Assembly: GCA_951406725.2 (NCBI GenBank)
Contig: OX597838.1
Coordinates: 36,952,001 to 37,016,000, forward strand
Origin: Octopus vulgaris
Taxonomy: Eukaryota
Direction: 5' to 3'
Length of the DNA: 64,000 nucleotides
The notes under the pieces are model-generated. The model was not told the DNA's origin. It searched no databases and worked only from the letters and a program-made list of their open reading frames with translations. Numbering within the stretch: position 1 is the stretch's first letter; each line of letters starts with the position of its first letter. Both the position numbers and the translations under genes were made by a program. Positions 11,993 through 25,109 of this stretch are shown here, in pieces.

Positions 11993-12649
11993 CTTTATTT
12001 CACATTGTTCCAGTTCACTCAGCTGTAGAAATGAGTTGCAACATCACTGGTGCCAGGCTGTATCAGCTCCCTTTGCCTTTCCCTTGGATAGCACCAGTGG
12101 TGTGGAGAGGGGAGGCTGGTATGCATGGGCAACTGCTGGTCTTCCATAAACAACCTTACTTGGACTTGTACCTCTGAGGGGAACTTTCTAGGTGCAATCC
12201 CATGATCATTCATGACTGAAGGGGGTCTTTACCCTTTACCCTATATGTTTAAGTGAAATTGCACTTGTTTAGGGAGCTGATTTTGGGAGTTAAAGAAGGA
12301 GGCCTCAGTTTTTGATTAATACTTTATATATTGACCCTGCTGGGGTGAATAACAAATTATGCCTTGGTGGGATTCAAACTCAGAGCACACTTGGTTGGAA
12401 CAAATACCACAAGGCATCAGTTAGTCGAAGACCATAACAGCTCTGTGAATTCACAGCTTTTTTAACATAATAAATCAATGTTATGAAGATCTATAGGTGC
12501 TGGCTTGACTGTGTGGTTAAGACATTTGCTTTGCAGCTACATGGATTCAGGTTCAGTCCCACTACACAGCACCTTAGGTGGGCAAGGGTCTTAGCCTTGG
12601 GAGCAACCTATTTTTTGAGTGTGAATTTGGTAGACTGAATAGATATATG

Positions 12650-12900
12650 TGGCATGGGAGTGGCTGTGTGGTAAGGAGCTTGCTTACCAACCACATGGTT
12701 CTGGGTTCAGTACCAATGCGTGGCACCTTGGGCAAGTGTCTTCTACTATAGCCTCGGGCCGACCAAAGCCTTGTGACTGGATTTGGTAGACGGAAACTGA
12801 AAGAAGCCCGTCATATGTATATGTGCATATATATGTGTGTCTGTGTTCGCCCCCCCAACATCGTTTGACAACCGATGCTGGTGTATTTACGTTCCTGTAA
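12650..12900 (+). mobile_element. SINE family A, 3'-truncated, preceded by a degenerate head at ~12495-12640
   Basis: Consensus match. Confidence 0.8.
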
Positions 12901-13265
12901 CAATGACTAAAAGAAGTCAAAAAGAAAAAACAAAATATAAATAAAAATAAAAATAATAAAAATAAAGTAGTAAAATAAATAAGGGAAAAATAGAATAATA
13001 AAAGTAATAATAATAATAATAATAATGATAATAATAATGCAGACACAAGGCCTGAAACTTTGGGGGAGGGGACTAGTTGATTATATCGACCCAGTGTTTC
13101 ACTGATACTTAATTTAGTGACCCCGAAAGGGTGAAAGGCAAAGTTGACCTTGGTGGAATTTGAACTCAGAACGTAGCGGCAAACGAAATACCACTAAGCA
13201 TTTCATCCAGTGTGCTAATGACTCTGGCAGTTTGCCGCCTTATAATAATAATAATAATAATAATG

Positions 13266-13311
<46 letters not shown>

Positions 13312-13313
<2 letters not shown>

Positions 13314-13660
13314 GAAATTGAAAAAATGTGGCATCTCAAGGTGACTACAGTATCAGTGATTGTAGGATCTCTAGAAATGATAAAAAAAAAGGTACTGAAA
13401 CCTATTTGAAAAGGACACCAGGCTTACCGTCTCTATAGGAAGTGCAAAAAATCGTATTAACTGGAACGGCTCATGTACTGAGAAGAGCTGTGAAAGCAAC
13501 ATCCATCCATGAATTTACTTATTTATTCATTTTTAAATACGTATTTTACCTGTGAATTTGCACGTGTGATCTGGGAATGCATACAATGCCCTTCTCTGCC
13601 CTAGGTGTATGGAAAACACTCGGCGAGAAATGGAAGAAAATTAGAAGAAAGAAGGAAAAA
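13312..13660 (+). mobile_element. R4/Dong-like non-LTR retrotransposon 3' fragment within (TAA)n
   Basis: EIEKMWHLKVTTVSVIVGSL..TPGLPSL*EVQKIVLTGTAHVLRR, paralogous to the 18901 fragment; TAA repeats on both sides. Confidence 0.75.
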
Positions 13661-13759
13661 ATAGTAGTAGTAGTAATAATAATAATTATAATAATAATAA
13701 TAATAGCAATGATGATGATAATAGTAATAATAATAATAATAATAACAATGATGATGATA

Positions 13760-13805
<46 letters not shown>

Positions 13806-14458
13806 TAATAATAATAATAAAGCAATTATGTTTCTGGTGAAAGGTGAAAGGAGAAGGGGAGGAGGAGAGAAGAATGAATGAAATGATATGATAAAACTGT
13901 TAATGACAGAAACATTTATCTGAATAAAAGAATTAAAAATATGAAAGATGTTAGATGACGTTTTGGTCTCAGTGGCTTCTGGCAATAGAGAAAAGATTAT
14001 AACTGGCCATGCAGTAGAAATACTCTATTGTAAATCAGATATTGCTACTGCTACTGTATTTCAACTTCCAGATGTGCTGTGAGAAAGATGTGGAGTTGTC
14101 TATGGACTTAAACGAGTAACTGTGTTGTGTAGTGTGTGAGTGGTTCTCAAACGTGCTTTCTCTGATACCTGTGTAGTAGAGTTGGCAAGATACAGTTTCT
14201 CTGAAATTCTTCATTGGCTGGTTGGTTGGTTGTTTGATTGGTTGGTTGGTTGGTTGGTTGGTTGGTTGGTTGTTCGATTGGTTGGTTGGTTGGTTGGTTG
14301 GTTGGTTGGTTGGTTGGTTTGAATGATATTATTTGTGGTTGGATAATATTTGAAATGTGATTTTATTCGAGCAGCTGTTGCTGATTTTAACATTGTTGTT
14401 ATTGAAGTGTTTATAATATTTATTAGCTACATTTTCACATACACACACATTAATGTTA

Positions 14459-14497
<39 letters not shown>

Positions 14498-14670
14498 AGG
14501 TAGGTAGGTATATATATATGTGTATGTATGTATATGTATGTGTGTGTATATATATATATGTATATATATGTATGTATATATGTATACATATATATGTATA
14601 TATATATGTATACATATATATGTATGTATATGTATACATATGTATATATATATGTATACATATATATGTA

Positions 14671-14703
<33 letters not shown>

Positions 14704-14776
14704 GTATGTATACATATATATATATGTATGTATATGCATTATATATATGTGTGTGCGTATATACATATGTATGTAT

Positions 14777-14807
<31 letters not shown>

Positions 14808-14865
14808 AGCATGTATATTTGTATATATGTATGTATAAATATATATGTATGCATGTATCTATGTA

Positions 14866-14916
<51 letters not shown>

Positions 14917-14989
14917 GTATGGTTGTTTTTGTGTGTGTTTGTGCATAAGTGTAGGTAATATATGTATTCTTAAACAACAATGTTGTTGG

Positions 14990-15076
14990 TAGTGACTTCT
15001 AAGTTTTAGCCAGCTAAGCCCTCATCGAACTGTTAGTCCGATGATGGCTTGGCTGCCTGAAACTTCGAAGTCACTG
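14990..15076. ncRNA. Head-to-head pair of minimal hammerhead motifs forming an ~85-nt hairpin
   Basis: Plus 15034-15076: TAGT-CCGATGA-TGGC TTGGCT GCCT-GAAAC TTCGAA GTC-ACTG. 14990-15033 is a diverged inverted copy. Confidence 0.55.
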
Positions 15077-15242
15077 TCAATGACATTCTTTTTTAAGAGT
15101 AATAAATTTGTAACCTTTAGGGTTATCCATCACATTGATGTAAAATTGATTTTTACATTTTTCTAAAAGCAAACATAAATAGGTGTGTGTATGTATGCAT
15201 ATATATATTTATATATATATATATACACACACACATATATAT

Positions 15243-16031
15243 ATACAAGTAATGAGAGAGAGTCCACATGTGGTCACTCTAATGCTAGATATAGATCCAC
15301 GAAGGGAATCCACCACTAAAGAATAGTTCTCAAGAATTAGTTTAATGAGCCAAGAATGACTACATGTGTTAGAGTGACCACATGTGAACTCTCTCTCATT
15401 ACTTGTATCAATAATTTTTACTGTATCCCAGTTTTTATACGCTAGGTCACTTGGTGTTTTAAATTGATGTTATAAATTAATATTCAATTTTTTTACCCTT
15501 ATTGTGATTTTAATTATAAATTAATATGTTCTCAAACCGGCAGTAAATTACTTGAGTAGTATTTACATCCGGGTTTAGCGTGCGAGAATGAGGATAGTTG
15601 AATGTAACTGCAGATATAATCGGCTGTGCCATTCGCCTTTGTTCGGCTTCGTGTGAATACTGGTGTTTGACTCAGAAAATTATATTTTTTTGATATACTC
15701 TACTGAAGATCTGAAAATGATTATGTAAGTAAAATTACACAATCTATTAACAGTGAAACAATTGTATAGAGTTAATCTATTTTTTTCGTTATTTTTCATT
15801 TGTCCTGCTCGCTTACATTTTTGGCACATTAAACTAATTCTTGAGAACAATTCTTTAGTGGTGGATTCCCTTCGTGGATCTATATCTAGCATTAGAGTGA
15901 CCACATGTGGACTCTCTCATTACTTGTATTAATAATTTTTACTGTATCCCAGTTTTTATACGCCAGGCTACTTGGTGTTTTAAATTGATATTATTAATTT
16001 AATTCAATTTTTTCACCCTTATTGTGATTTA
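15243..16031. mobile_element. Penelope-like non-coding relic with direct and inverted terminal duplications
   Basis: 15243-15358 is the reverse complement of ~15816-15930; 15369-15510 is a direct repeat of ~15893-16031; embedded in (TA)n. Confidence 0.65.
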
Positions 16032-16054
16032 TATATATATGTATATATATAAAG

Positions 16055-17959
16055 GGAAAGTTTACGAAAATAAACAAAAAACGAAGGCAGGTGGAGTACA
16101 AACAAACAAATGTATTAGTATAGCGCTCAGGAATAGAAAAAGTCTTTTACGTTTCGAGCCTACGCTCTTCGACAGAAAGATACACAGAAAAAAGCAAGGA
16201 GAGAAATAAATGTGTGTAGTAGCTAACGATCTATCATGGCATCCTGACTTCGGACAATGGTCAGACGCGAGAGGGACAGTAGGGGAGATAACAGGGTCAA
16301 GTGACTTCCAATATGAAGGTGCCCCCAACACAAAGGTGCGTGTGTGTATAAGAGAGTATGTATGTGCGTGTGAAAGAGGGCTGGTGGTCTGGACGTGTGT
16401 GTGTAAGTATGTGTGGGTGTAGAGATGTGGGGATGGGTGTGTGGGTGGTGTATTGTGATGTGATGTGTAATGTTGTATGGTGTAGTGTAGTGTGGTGTGA
16501 TGTTATGGGGAGGTGGGGGAGGCGAGAGTGGGGAAAGCACAGGTGGGGTGTGGGTTCGGCTGAGGTTTGGGGTAGAGTGGGGGTTGTGGGTAGGTAGAGG
16601 GTGGGGTAAGAGGTGAGGTATACGGGGGAGGGGTGAGGTATGTGGGGGAGAGATGTAGGATAGGGGTGAGGTATGGGAGAAGGGGTGGGAAGGATAGGGA
16701 AGGTGGAGTAGGGGTGGGTATATGAGGAGAGAGAGGAGGAGAGAAAGAGAGAAGAGAAGAGAGGGATGAGGATGAGGGGAGAGAGGAGAGGGAGAGGAGG
16801 AGGAGAGAGGGAGGTGAGTGAGGGAGAAGAGGGAAGAAGGGAAAAAGGGAAGAAGAGGGAAAGAGAGTAGGGGTGAAAAGATGTAGGAGTGAAGAGAAGT
16901 AGGAGTTGGGAGGAGGTTAGATGAAAAGGGTGGGGAGGGATGAGCCTAAATGGCATAAAAGAGCGAAGAGAGAAGATTAATCCCTGTTCACGGTGCAAGT
17001 GGGAATCCGGATGGCCTCTGTGCAAGGACAATCCGAACACAGACAGGTGTTGCAAGGAGTGACCGGTGGAGCGGAAATGGCGTGAGACTGGAGTGTCATT
17101 GGCGAGGCGGATGTCTCAGAGGTGTTCTGCGAAACCGGTCAGCCAAGCGGTGTTCCGTTTGTCCAATGTACAGGGAATGGCAGAGAGAGCAGGAGATGCA
17201 ATAGATGATATTGCTGGAGGTGCAGGTGAAGGGGTCGATGATGAGTGCTGGTGAGGAGGGTGGTGTTAGAGGTAAGGGAAAGTGTGGCAGTGTGGGCGGG
17301 AGCAGGTTCGGAGGTAGGGTCAGGGAAGAAGCTGTGGACCAAGAGGTCTTGTAGGTTATGGGCTCGTTTGAAGGAGGGGAGGGGTCGGTTAGGGAAGAGG
17401 TGTGAAGTGGACGGGTCGGACTGGAGATGCCAGAAAGCTCGAAGAATGGTGCGTTGGAGAGGTAGGTTGGTGGGGTGGTAAGTGAGGGGAAAAGGGAGGC
17501 GGGAGACTGCAGGGTAGGTTCGGGGGGAGAGAGCAGATGCACAGTCTACGGAACGTGCTCTGGCAAGGGCGGTGTGGATAGTGGTGAGGAGGTATCCACG
17601 TAGGATGAAGCGGCGAGCCATGAGTTGAGACTGAGTTTCAAAGTCATGGTCCTGCGTAGACGGAGGAATTGGGAATAGGGGATGGAAAGCTTGGTGTGTT
17701 TGGGGTGGGAGGAAGAGAAGTTTAGGTATGAGTGTCAGTCTGTGTGTTTGTTGTGAATGGAGGTGGTAAGAGTGGAGTGATGAATGCTGACTGAAATGTC
17801 GAGAAAGAAGACAGAGGTGTTGGAGATAGTGCAGAAGTGAAGGGCAGGAAGGAAGGATTTAACGAAAGAGAGGAAGGAGTCTAGATGTTCGTGGGAGAGT
17901 GAGGTGGCACTGATACAGTCGTCAATATAACGACCGTACAGTTCGGGAGTGGGACCAAT

Positions 17960-17960
<1 letters not shown>
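16055..17960 (-). mobile_element. 5'-truncated, frameshifted Penelope-like retroelement (RT C-terminal part, GIY-YIG endonuclease, HHR-bearing 3' end)
   Basis: RYIDDC at ~17925, FLDISVS, FPLTYHP...FKRAHNLQDLLVHS, FTCTSSNIIYCISCSLCHSLYIGQT (GIY-YIG with Cys motif), HHR motif at 16143-16180. Confidence 0.9.
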
Positions 17961-18030
<70 letters not shown>

Positions 18031-18285
18031 TATATATGTATATACACACACACATACACATGCATATATACTGGTATATATGCACGCACATACATATAGA
18101 TATATACATACATGCACCCAAGCATATGTACATACATACATATATACATTCACGCGCACACACACACACATATATATACAGACATATATATGTATATACA
18201 CACACATACACATGCATATATAATGGTATATATGCACGCACATATACATATAGATACAAAGATACATGCACCCAAATATATGTAC

Positions 18286-18316
<31 letters not shown>

Positions 18317-18356
18317 CACATTCATGCACACACACACACACACACACATACACACA

Positions 18357-18398
<42 letters not shown>

Positions 18399-18900
18399 TT
18401 ACTTTGCACCTGTTTTTGAAATAATAAATGGTATTCGTGATGCTGTCTCCAGACAAGCCAAAACACTGATATCCTGCTAAAGTCATATTCATCAATTAAA
18501 ATGCATCTGCTCTTTTATATAGCAGAGATACCCGGCGTTTCTTCAGATTAAAATGGAATAGTTATTTATTGGTGTACTTGTTCCAGTCATGTGACTACTG
18601 CCATACTGGAGCACTGCCTTTTGTTGAAGAAATTGACTCTCGGATTTATTCTTTGTAAGCCTAGTACTTATCCAAACGGCTAAGTTACTGGGATGTAAAC
18701 ATAGCAGCATCAGTTGCCATGCAATGGCGAGGGTCCACCAAGGTCAACTTTGTCTTTCATTCTTTTGGGGTCAATGAAATACGTACCAGTTATGCACTGG
18801 GGTCAATGCAATCAACTATCCCCCTTCTCCCAAACTTTTCAAGGCTTTGTGCCTGGAGTAGAAATAATAACAACAACAACAACAATAATAATAATAATAA

Positions 18901-19384
18901 AAGGTCACAGAAAACGAGAAAGCAACTATACTCTGGGATATGCCAATACACACAGATAGAGAAATTAAGGCCAACAGGCCAGATATAGTTGTCAGAGATC
19001 ATGAAGAAAAATGCTTTCTGATTGATGTATCAATACCAGCAGATGACGTGTCCCTAAAAGAAATGGAGAAACTTTCAAAATAGAAAGACCTGGAAATAGA
19101 GGTAACCAGAATGTGGAATCTAAAACAGAAACAATTCCTATCATAGTAGGTGCATTAGGAATGATAAAAAAATATTCAGATAAATATATAGCAAAAACAC
19201 CAGGACTTACAAATATATATAACATACAGAAAATTGCACTACTAGGCACTGCACACATCCTATGCAAAACACTTTCAATACAGTAACCATAAGAGCATCA
19301 CAACAAACCACAGCACATACCCAAGGCACACAGAGCTGCGCTTGGTAGTGAAGTGAAAGCACACTATAAAAATAAAGCTACTGA
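18901..19384 (+). mobile_element. R4/Dong-like non-LTR retrotransposon 3' end (restriction-like endonuclease domain), pseudogenised
   Basis: KVTENEKATILWDMPIHTDREIKANRPDIVVRDHEEKCFLIDVSIP...IPIIVGALG...IQKIALLGTAHIL (PD..D motif), with stops and frameshift; flanked by (TAA)n. Confidence 0.88.
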
Positions 19385-19426
19385 ATAATAATAATAATAA
19401 TAATAATGAATAATAAATAATAATAA

Positions 19427-19457
<31 letters not shown>

Positions 19458-19603
19458 AATAATAATTATTATTATTATTATTATTATTATTATTGTTATT
19501 ATTATAAAAATGCTTAGCAGCATTTCATCCTTCTTTACATTCTGAGTACAAATTTCACTGAGGCTGACTTTGCATTTCATCCTTTCAGGGTCAATAAAAT
19601 AAG

Positions 19604-20013
19604 GGATCTTTTCGGTTTGAACAGCAGTTTTTTTAAATAATTTCCACCTAACTAAACACTTTTAAACTTCGTATACTGATAGAATGTGTTTATAAAACAT
19701 CTTTTTCTCTTGGCTTTATTGAGAAAATTCTATAGTTTGTAAGATATTTGTTGTTTTTTTCTTCAATTTCTGCAATTTCAACCAATCAATGACGTTTATT
19801 GAGGTGAAAACATTCTGTGCCGTATGAATATGTCCCTCGTTTAAGAAACAGATTGGGTTTATTTACATTTCTGAAGAAAAAAAGATACCCTTCCCACCAC
19901 CCCTAACCCTAAAACAGATTGAAATGCAATAGATCGATACTAGGGTCATAATTATGGGTGACAATTTCATATGACACCGCTAGAAAAAACTGCCGGTCAA
20001 ACTGAAAATATCC
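19604..20013. mobile_element. MITE with GG termini and 8-bp TSD (Merlin-like), inserted in a family B SINE
   Basis: TIRs GGATCTTTTCGGTTTGAACAGCAGTTTTTT / AAAAAACTGCCGGTCAAACTGAAAATATCC; AAAATAAG duplicated at 19596-19603 and 20014-20021. Confidence 0.8.
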
Positions 20014-20099
20014 AAAATAAGTACCAGTTGAACACTAGGGTCGATGTAATTGACTTAATCCCACTTCCAGAATTACCAGCCTTATGTCAGTATCTGAAA

Positions 20100-20120
20100 C
20101 TATTATTATCATCATTATTA

Positions 20121-20214
<94 letters not shown>

Positions 20215-20225
20215 TATTATTATCA

Positions 20226-20263
<38 letters not shown>

Positions 20264-20336
20264 GTTATTATTATTAATATCATTATTATTATCATTATCA
20301 TTATTATCATTATTATTATTATTATTATTATTATCA

Positions 20337-20377
<41 letters not shown>

Positions 20378-20462
20378 ATCATTATTATTATCATTATTAT
20401 CATTATTATTATCATTATTATTATCATTATCATTATTATCATTATTATTATTATTATTATCA

Positions 20463-20493
<31 letters not shown>

Positions 20494-20584
20494 CATTATT
20501 ATTATTATTATTATTATCATCATTATTATTATTATTATTATCATCATTATTATTATTATTAATATTATTATCATTATCATTATT

Positions 20585-20616
<32 letters not shown>

Positions 20617-20635
20617 CATTATTATTATTATTATC

Positions 20636-20670
<35 letters not shown>

Positions 20671-20718
20671 TATTATCATTATTATCATTATTATTATCAT
20701 TATCATCATTATTATTAT
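20100..20718. repeat. (ATT/ATC)n trinucleotide microsatellite, ~600 bp
   Basis: Directly visible; source of the poly-I/L/N/M ORFs. Confidence 0.97.
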
Positions 20719-21144
20719 TTACATTTTGAAGTTGTGTAAAATACAAATAAAATAGGACAGTTAAAACAAAAACAAAAAGGAAAAATGAAATTTAAAAAAA
20801 AAATAAACAAAGCAGCAAAGCAGAAAAAAGTTACCATCACCATCATCATCAACATCATCATCATCATCACCATCACGGTCATCATCATCATCATCATCAT
20901 CAACATCATCATCATCATCATCTCCAATGCAATGTTTAAGCAGTGTAATACTTGGAACTTCAAAGGGCTGAATGTAGAATGGTGCACTTGATGGAAGAGG
21001 TCATGGATGGTGAAGAATTTTTTTTGTCTTTCATCTTTGTTGTCTATCGTTCGATCTCTCCCCCGGTTCGTTCTTCACCATTGCCGTTTTATGCCGTCTC
21101 ACCCCCACCCTCCTCCTCACCCCATCCCACCCTTCCGGAAAAGG

Positions 21145-21695
21145 ACGACGACGATCGTGATGGCGATGATGATAACGATGATGATGATGATGATGTTGAT
21201 GTTCGTGATGATAAGGATGAGGATGGTGCTCTGGATGATTCCAATGGTGGTGGTGATGATTCCAATGGTGGTGGTGATGATGATGATGATGATGATGATT
21301 ATGATGATGATGATGGTGGTGGTGATGATGATGATGATTATGATGTTCGTGGTGATGATGATGATGGTGATGGTCATGATGTTTGTGATGATAATGATGA
21401 TGATGACGTTGATGTTCATGATGATAAGGATGAGGATGGTGTTCGGGATGATTCCAATGGTGGTGGTGATGGTGATGGTGATGGTAATTCAGGTACTGGT
21501 GTTTTTTGATGATGGTGGTAGTGGTAATGCTGCTGCTGTTGTTGATAAGGCTGGTTAATGTAGTGGTGACAGTGGTATTGGCAGTGGTGGTGGTGGTGGT
21601 AGTTATAGTAGTAGGGGTAATGATGGTGGTGGTGGTGGTGGCAATGGTGACAGTCAGAGTGGTGTTGCTCTCGATGATGATGATGATGATGATGC
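21145..21695. repeat. (GAT/GGT)n low-complexity tract with internal ~65-bp duplication
   Basis: GTTGATGTTCRTGATGATAAGGATGAGGATGGTG...GATTCCAATGGTGGTGGT at ~21195 and ~21408. Confidence 0.9.
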
Positions 21696-22368
21696 ATTAA
21701 CAGAGTGCATCAAGGCTGCTTGTGCAAGCTGCAATTGTTGTGAAGTTGATGACGGCGGGGCATAGTTGATGATGCCAGTGATGCGGGAAGGCTGATGATG
21801 ATGATGTTGGTGATGATGATAGGAGGCAAAGGAGGAAGAACCATTCAATGCTGGGACGCACAGCATCCGATTATAATGATTGAGAGCTGGGGTCCTGATG
21901 ACAATGACAATGAAGATGACAGCAATGATGATGATGATGACGTGTCATTGCAGAGGCATTGTGTGTTGATGATAATGCTAAAGAATACAAGGCTATGTGC
22001 ATTTGGTTGTGCAGCATCGCAATGTGCAATTCTTCGTTGTGTTGGTGCATTCTTCACGCAGTTAAGTTGGTGCAATATTGGTAATCGTGGGTGGATAGTT
22101 TTTTGTCGACCTCTCTTTCAAGTTCTTCATATTTATTCAATTTTTGAAATGTTTTCAAATGTTTTCCCCCAGGGCTGTCACAGTCTGTTGGGTTTGATAA
22201 ATCATTATAAAAACTGATGAACTGGAAAAAAAATTGTTGGAGCACTGAGAAAATCTGCTTAGCATTATCACTTCTGGTTCGTTATGATCTGAGTTCAAAT
22301 TCTGCCAAGATCAGCTTTGACTGTCATCTTTTGAATATTAATGGAACATTGGGGTTGGTTCTGTAGGG

Positions 22369-22436
22369 CTGCGATCTTCAAACATTTTTTGCACCGACAA
22401 ATGGTTTCATGCAAGATAATTTTTCCACAGACGAGG
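22369..22436 (+). mobile_element. Possible hAT/Charlie-like terminal remnant
   Basis: CTGCGATCTTCAAACATTTTTTGCACC...GGTTTCATGCAAGATAATTTTTCCACAGAC resembles Charlie-type MITE ends (from memory). Confidence 0.4.
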
Positions 22437-23254
22437 GTAATGGCACTACAGACTGCGATAATCATCATCATCCTTTAATGTCCATGTTCCCAGCTGGTAA
22501 CGGATGGGTTGGACAGATTTTCAGGAAGGACTGCATCAAGATCCAGCGGCATGGTTACTCTTCACAAATGTTTAATATAATGCCATCTGGAATGAAAAAG
22601 AATAATTACATTGTAAATTCTACACCGCTGAAAACATATTAAGACGCTTAGATCAAAAATTTTGAAAATTAAAAGTGTCTATATGAAACTCAGAGTAACA
22701 GGTTTTGTTGAATTTTCTGCTGCTTTTAAATAAAGTATATATATATGTATATACACACACGACGGGTTTCTCTCAGTTTCCGTCTACCAAATCCATTCAA
22801 AAGGCTTCAGTCGGCCCGAGGCTATAATAGAATATACTTGCCCAAGGTGCAATGCGGTGGGACTGAACCTGGAACTATGTAGTTGGGAAGCAAGCTATTT
22901 ACCACACAGCCACTCCTGTGCCTACCTGTAAACATATCATTAATTACTATGATAGTATCGAATATTCATTCCTTTGACAGTCAACACTAATCAAGTCTAT
23001 AAAAGTGTATGTGTATATGAATATATATATATATGTATATATATATTTGTGTGTCTGTGTACATATGTACTGGGAAGCTTGTACATGTGTTTGTCTACAT
23101 GTTTCTCTCAATCTCGCCCACATGTTAATATTATCACTCTCTTTCTCAGTGGTTACATTTGTTTCCCATTCATTTTCGAAGATATGTGTTCTGGTTATGA
23201 AATTTTGGAATATGCAAACAACATATATGCTTCAGGTGTGAAATTATCTTTATA

Positions 23255-23258
23255 TCTA

Positions 23259-23343
<85 letters not shown>

Positions 23344-23363
23344 CCTACCTATCTATCTACCTA

Positions 23364-23395
<32 letters not shown>

Positions 23396-23485
23396 TCCAT
23401 GTATCTATCAATCAATCTATCTATCTACCTGTCTATCTATCTATCTATTTATCTATTTATCTATCTATCTATCTATCTATCTATA
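23255..23485. repeat. (ATCT)n tetranucleotide microsatellite
   Basis: Directly visible. Confidence 0.95.
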
Positions 23486-24242
23486 GATAAACAGAAAGAT
23501 AGGTAGATAGATTATATGCCTAAGTAATGTGTGTATAATATATATATGATTACTTAGATAGAAATTTAATATATATATATATATAGGTAATCTAATATAT
23601 ATATATATATTTAATATATATATATATATTTAATATATATATATATATACAATTTATATATACTACTTTAAGTATTTTACATATAGTTATTTTTGCATGA
23701 TATATGTGTATTACATAAAAATCTAAGATATATGTATATATCAAACATAAGATAAAGTTATATATAAATATGTAACATATATACATATATATTATAAATA
23801 TTATTATTTATAATGTGTATTTGTATTTATATAATACTTGAAAATATTACAAAATGCATATAGATAATTATAATACGATACATATATATGTGATAAAAAT
23901 ATTTTACATTTATATAGTTTATATACATATAATATACACACGTATATATATGTGTGTATATCAATATATACGTATATATGTATATATATGTATATATATA
24001 TATATATGTATATATTTACACCTACCTACATCTATATGACTATATGATATATATATATACATACATACACACATATATCCTATAGTCATATAGATGTAGG
24101 TAGGTCTAAATATATACATATATATATATATATGTATATATTTACACCTACCTACATCTATATGACTATAGGATATATGCCTCCATATATATATATATGT
24201 GTGTGTATGTATATATCTACCTTCTACCTACATCTATATGCC

Positions 24243-24280
<38 letters not shown>

Positions 24281-24309
24281 GAGGTATAGATATAAAATAT
24301 GTACGTATA

Positions 24310-24364
<55 letters not shown>

Positions 24365-25019
24365 AATATTTTTGTTATAAATATATTTCTAAAATAGCTA
24401 TTTATTCAATATTTGTTATGCATGGAATATCTGACGAATAGGAGAAGAAACACCAACAAAAATGCAATAGTAAAAAATGCAAAATTCTACAAAAAAAAAT
24501 GTTTGCTGCAACCAGCCTCCCCACCCCCCACCAACCCACCTTCCATCACATGCCGTCAACAGTTTCCCCCCCATCTTTTTTTTTATTATGTTTGTAATTT
24601 GTTAATTCTTTACGTTTTTGGTTTGTTGCTGGTGGTTGTTTTTTCGTATTTTTTTTTATTCTTTTCAAGATTGTGGGAGATGTTGGTATAAGTTTTGTAT
24701 GCGTTTTGTAACACCAGCATTTCATACGAGATGTAATAATAATATATTGGATATGTGTTGCTAGGGTTGGGCTGAGTTGGGTTTTAGTTGCATTTGCTTG
24801 TGCAATGTGTGGTTGTGGTGGTGGTGGTGGTGGTGGTGGTGGAGCATGTATGTGTGTGTGTGCATTTGTTTGTATGTGTGTGTGTGTGCATTTGTGGTGG
24901 GGTTGGTTGAAGGTGTTTGGAGTGTTTCTGTCTGGGAAGTGGAGAACGGAGCCGAGCAGGTTGTGGAAAGTGATGTTAGAAACGGTTTAGAATAATTATT
25001 GTAAGAGGAAATAACTATG

Positions 25020-25056
<37 letters not shown>

Positions 25057-25109
25057 GTATATATTATTATCATCATCATCATCATCATTTAATGTCTGTT
25101 TTCCATGCT

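Noticed and set aside
11918-11993. Functional tRNA genes (also at ~56635-56709 and ~61785-61860)
   Set aside because: A/B boxes are present, but there is no proper acceptor stem or cloverleaf, and each is fused to a repeat body. These are SINE heads.
16297-17055. 252-aa Pro/Ser/Leu-rich ORF as a host gene
   Set aside because: It is the pyrimidine-rich 3' region of the Penelope-like element.
19898-19912. Telomere or interstitial telomeric array
   Set aside because: There are only two CCCTAA units, and they lie inside a MITE.
19971-21558. Long poly-I/L/N/D/M ORFs as low-complexity or biomineral proteins
   Set aside because: They are pure trinucleotide repeats open in several frames on both strands, with no domain or splice support.
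22020-22080. miR-92 family precursor (ATTGCAC seeds on the minus strand)
   Set aside because: Only the seed matches; the rest differs from miR-92 and I see no precursor hairpin.
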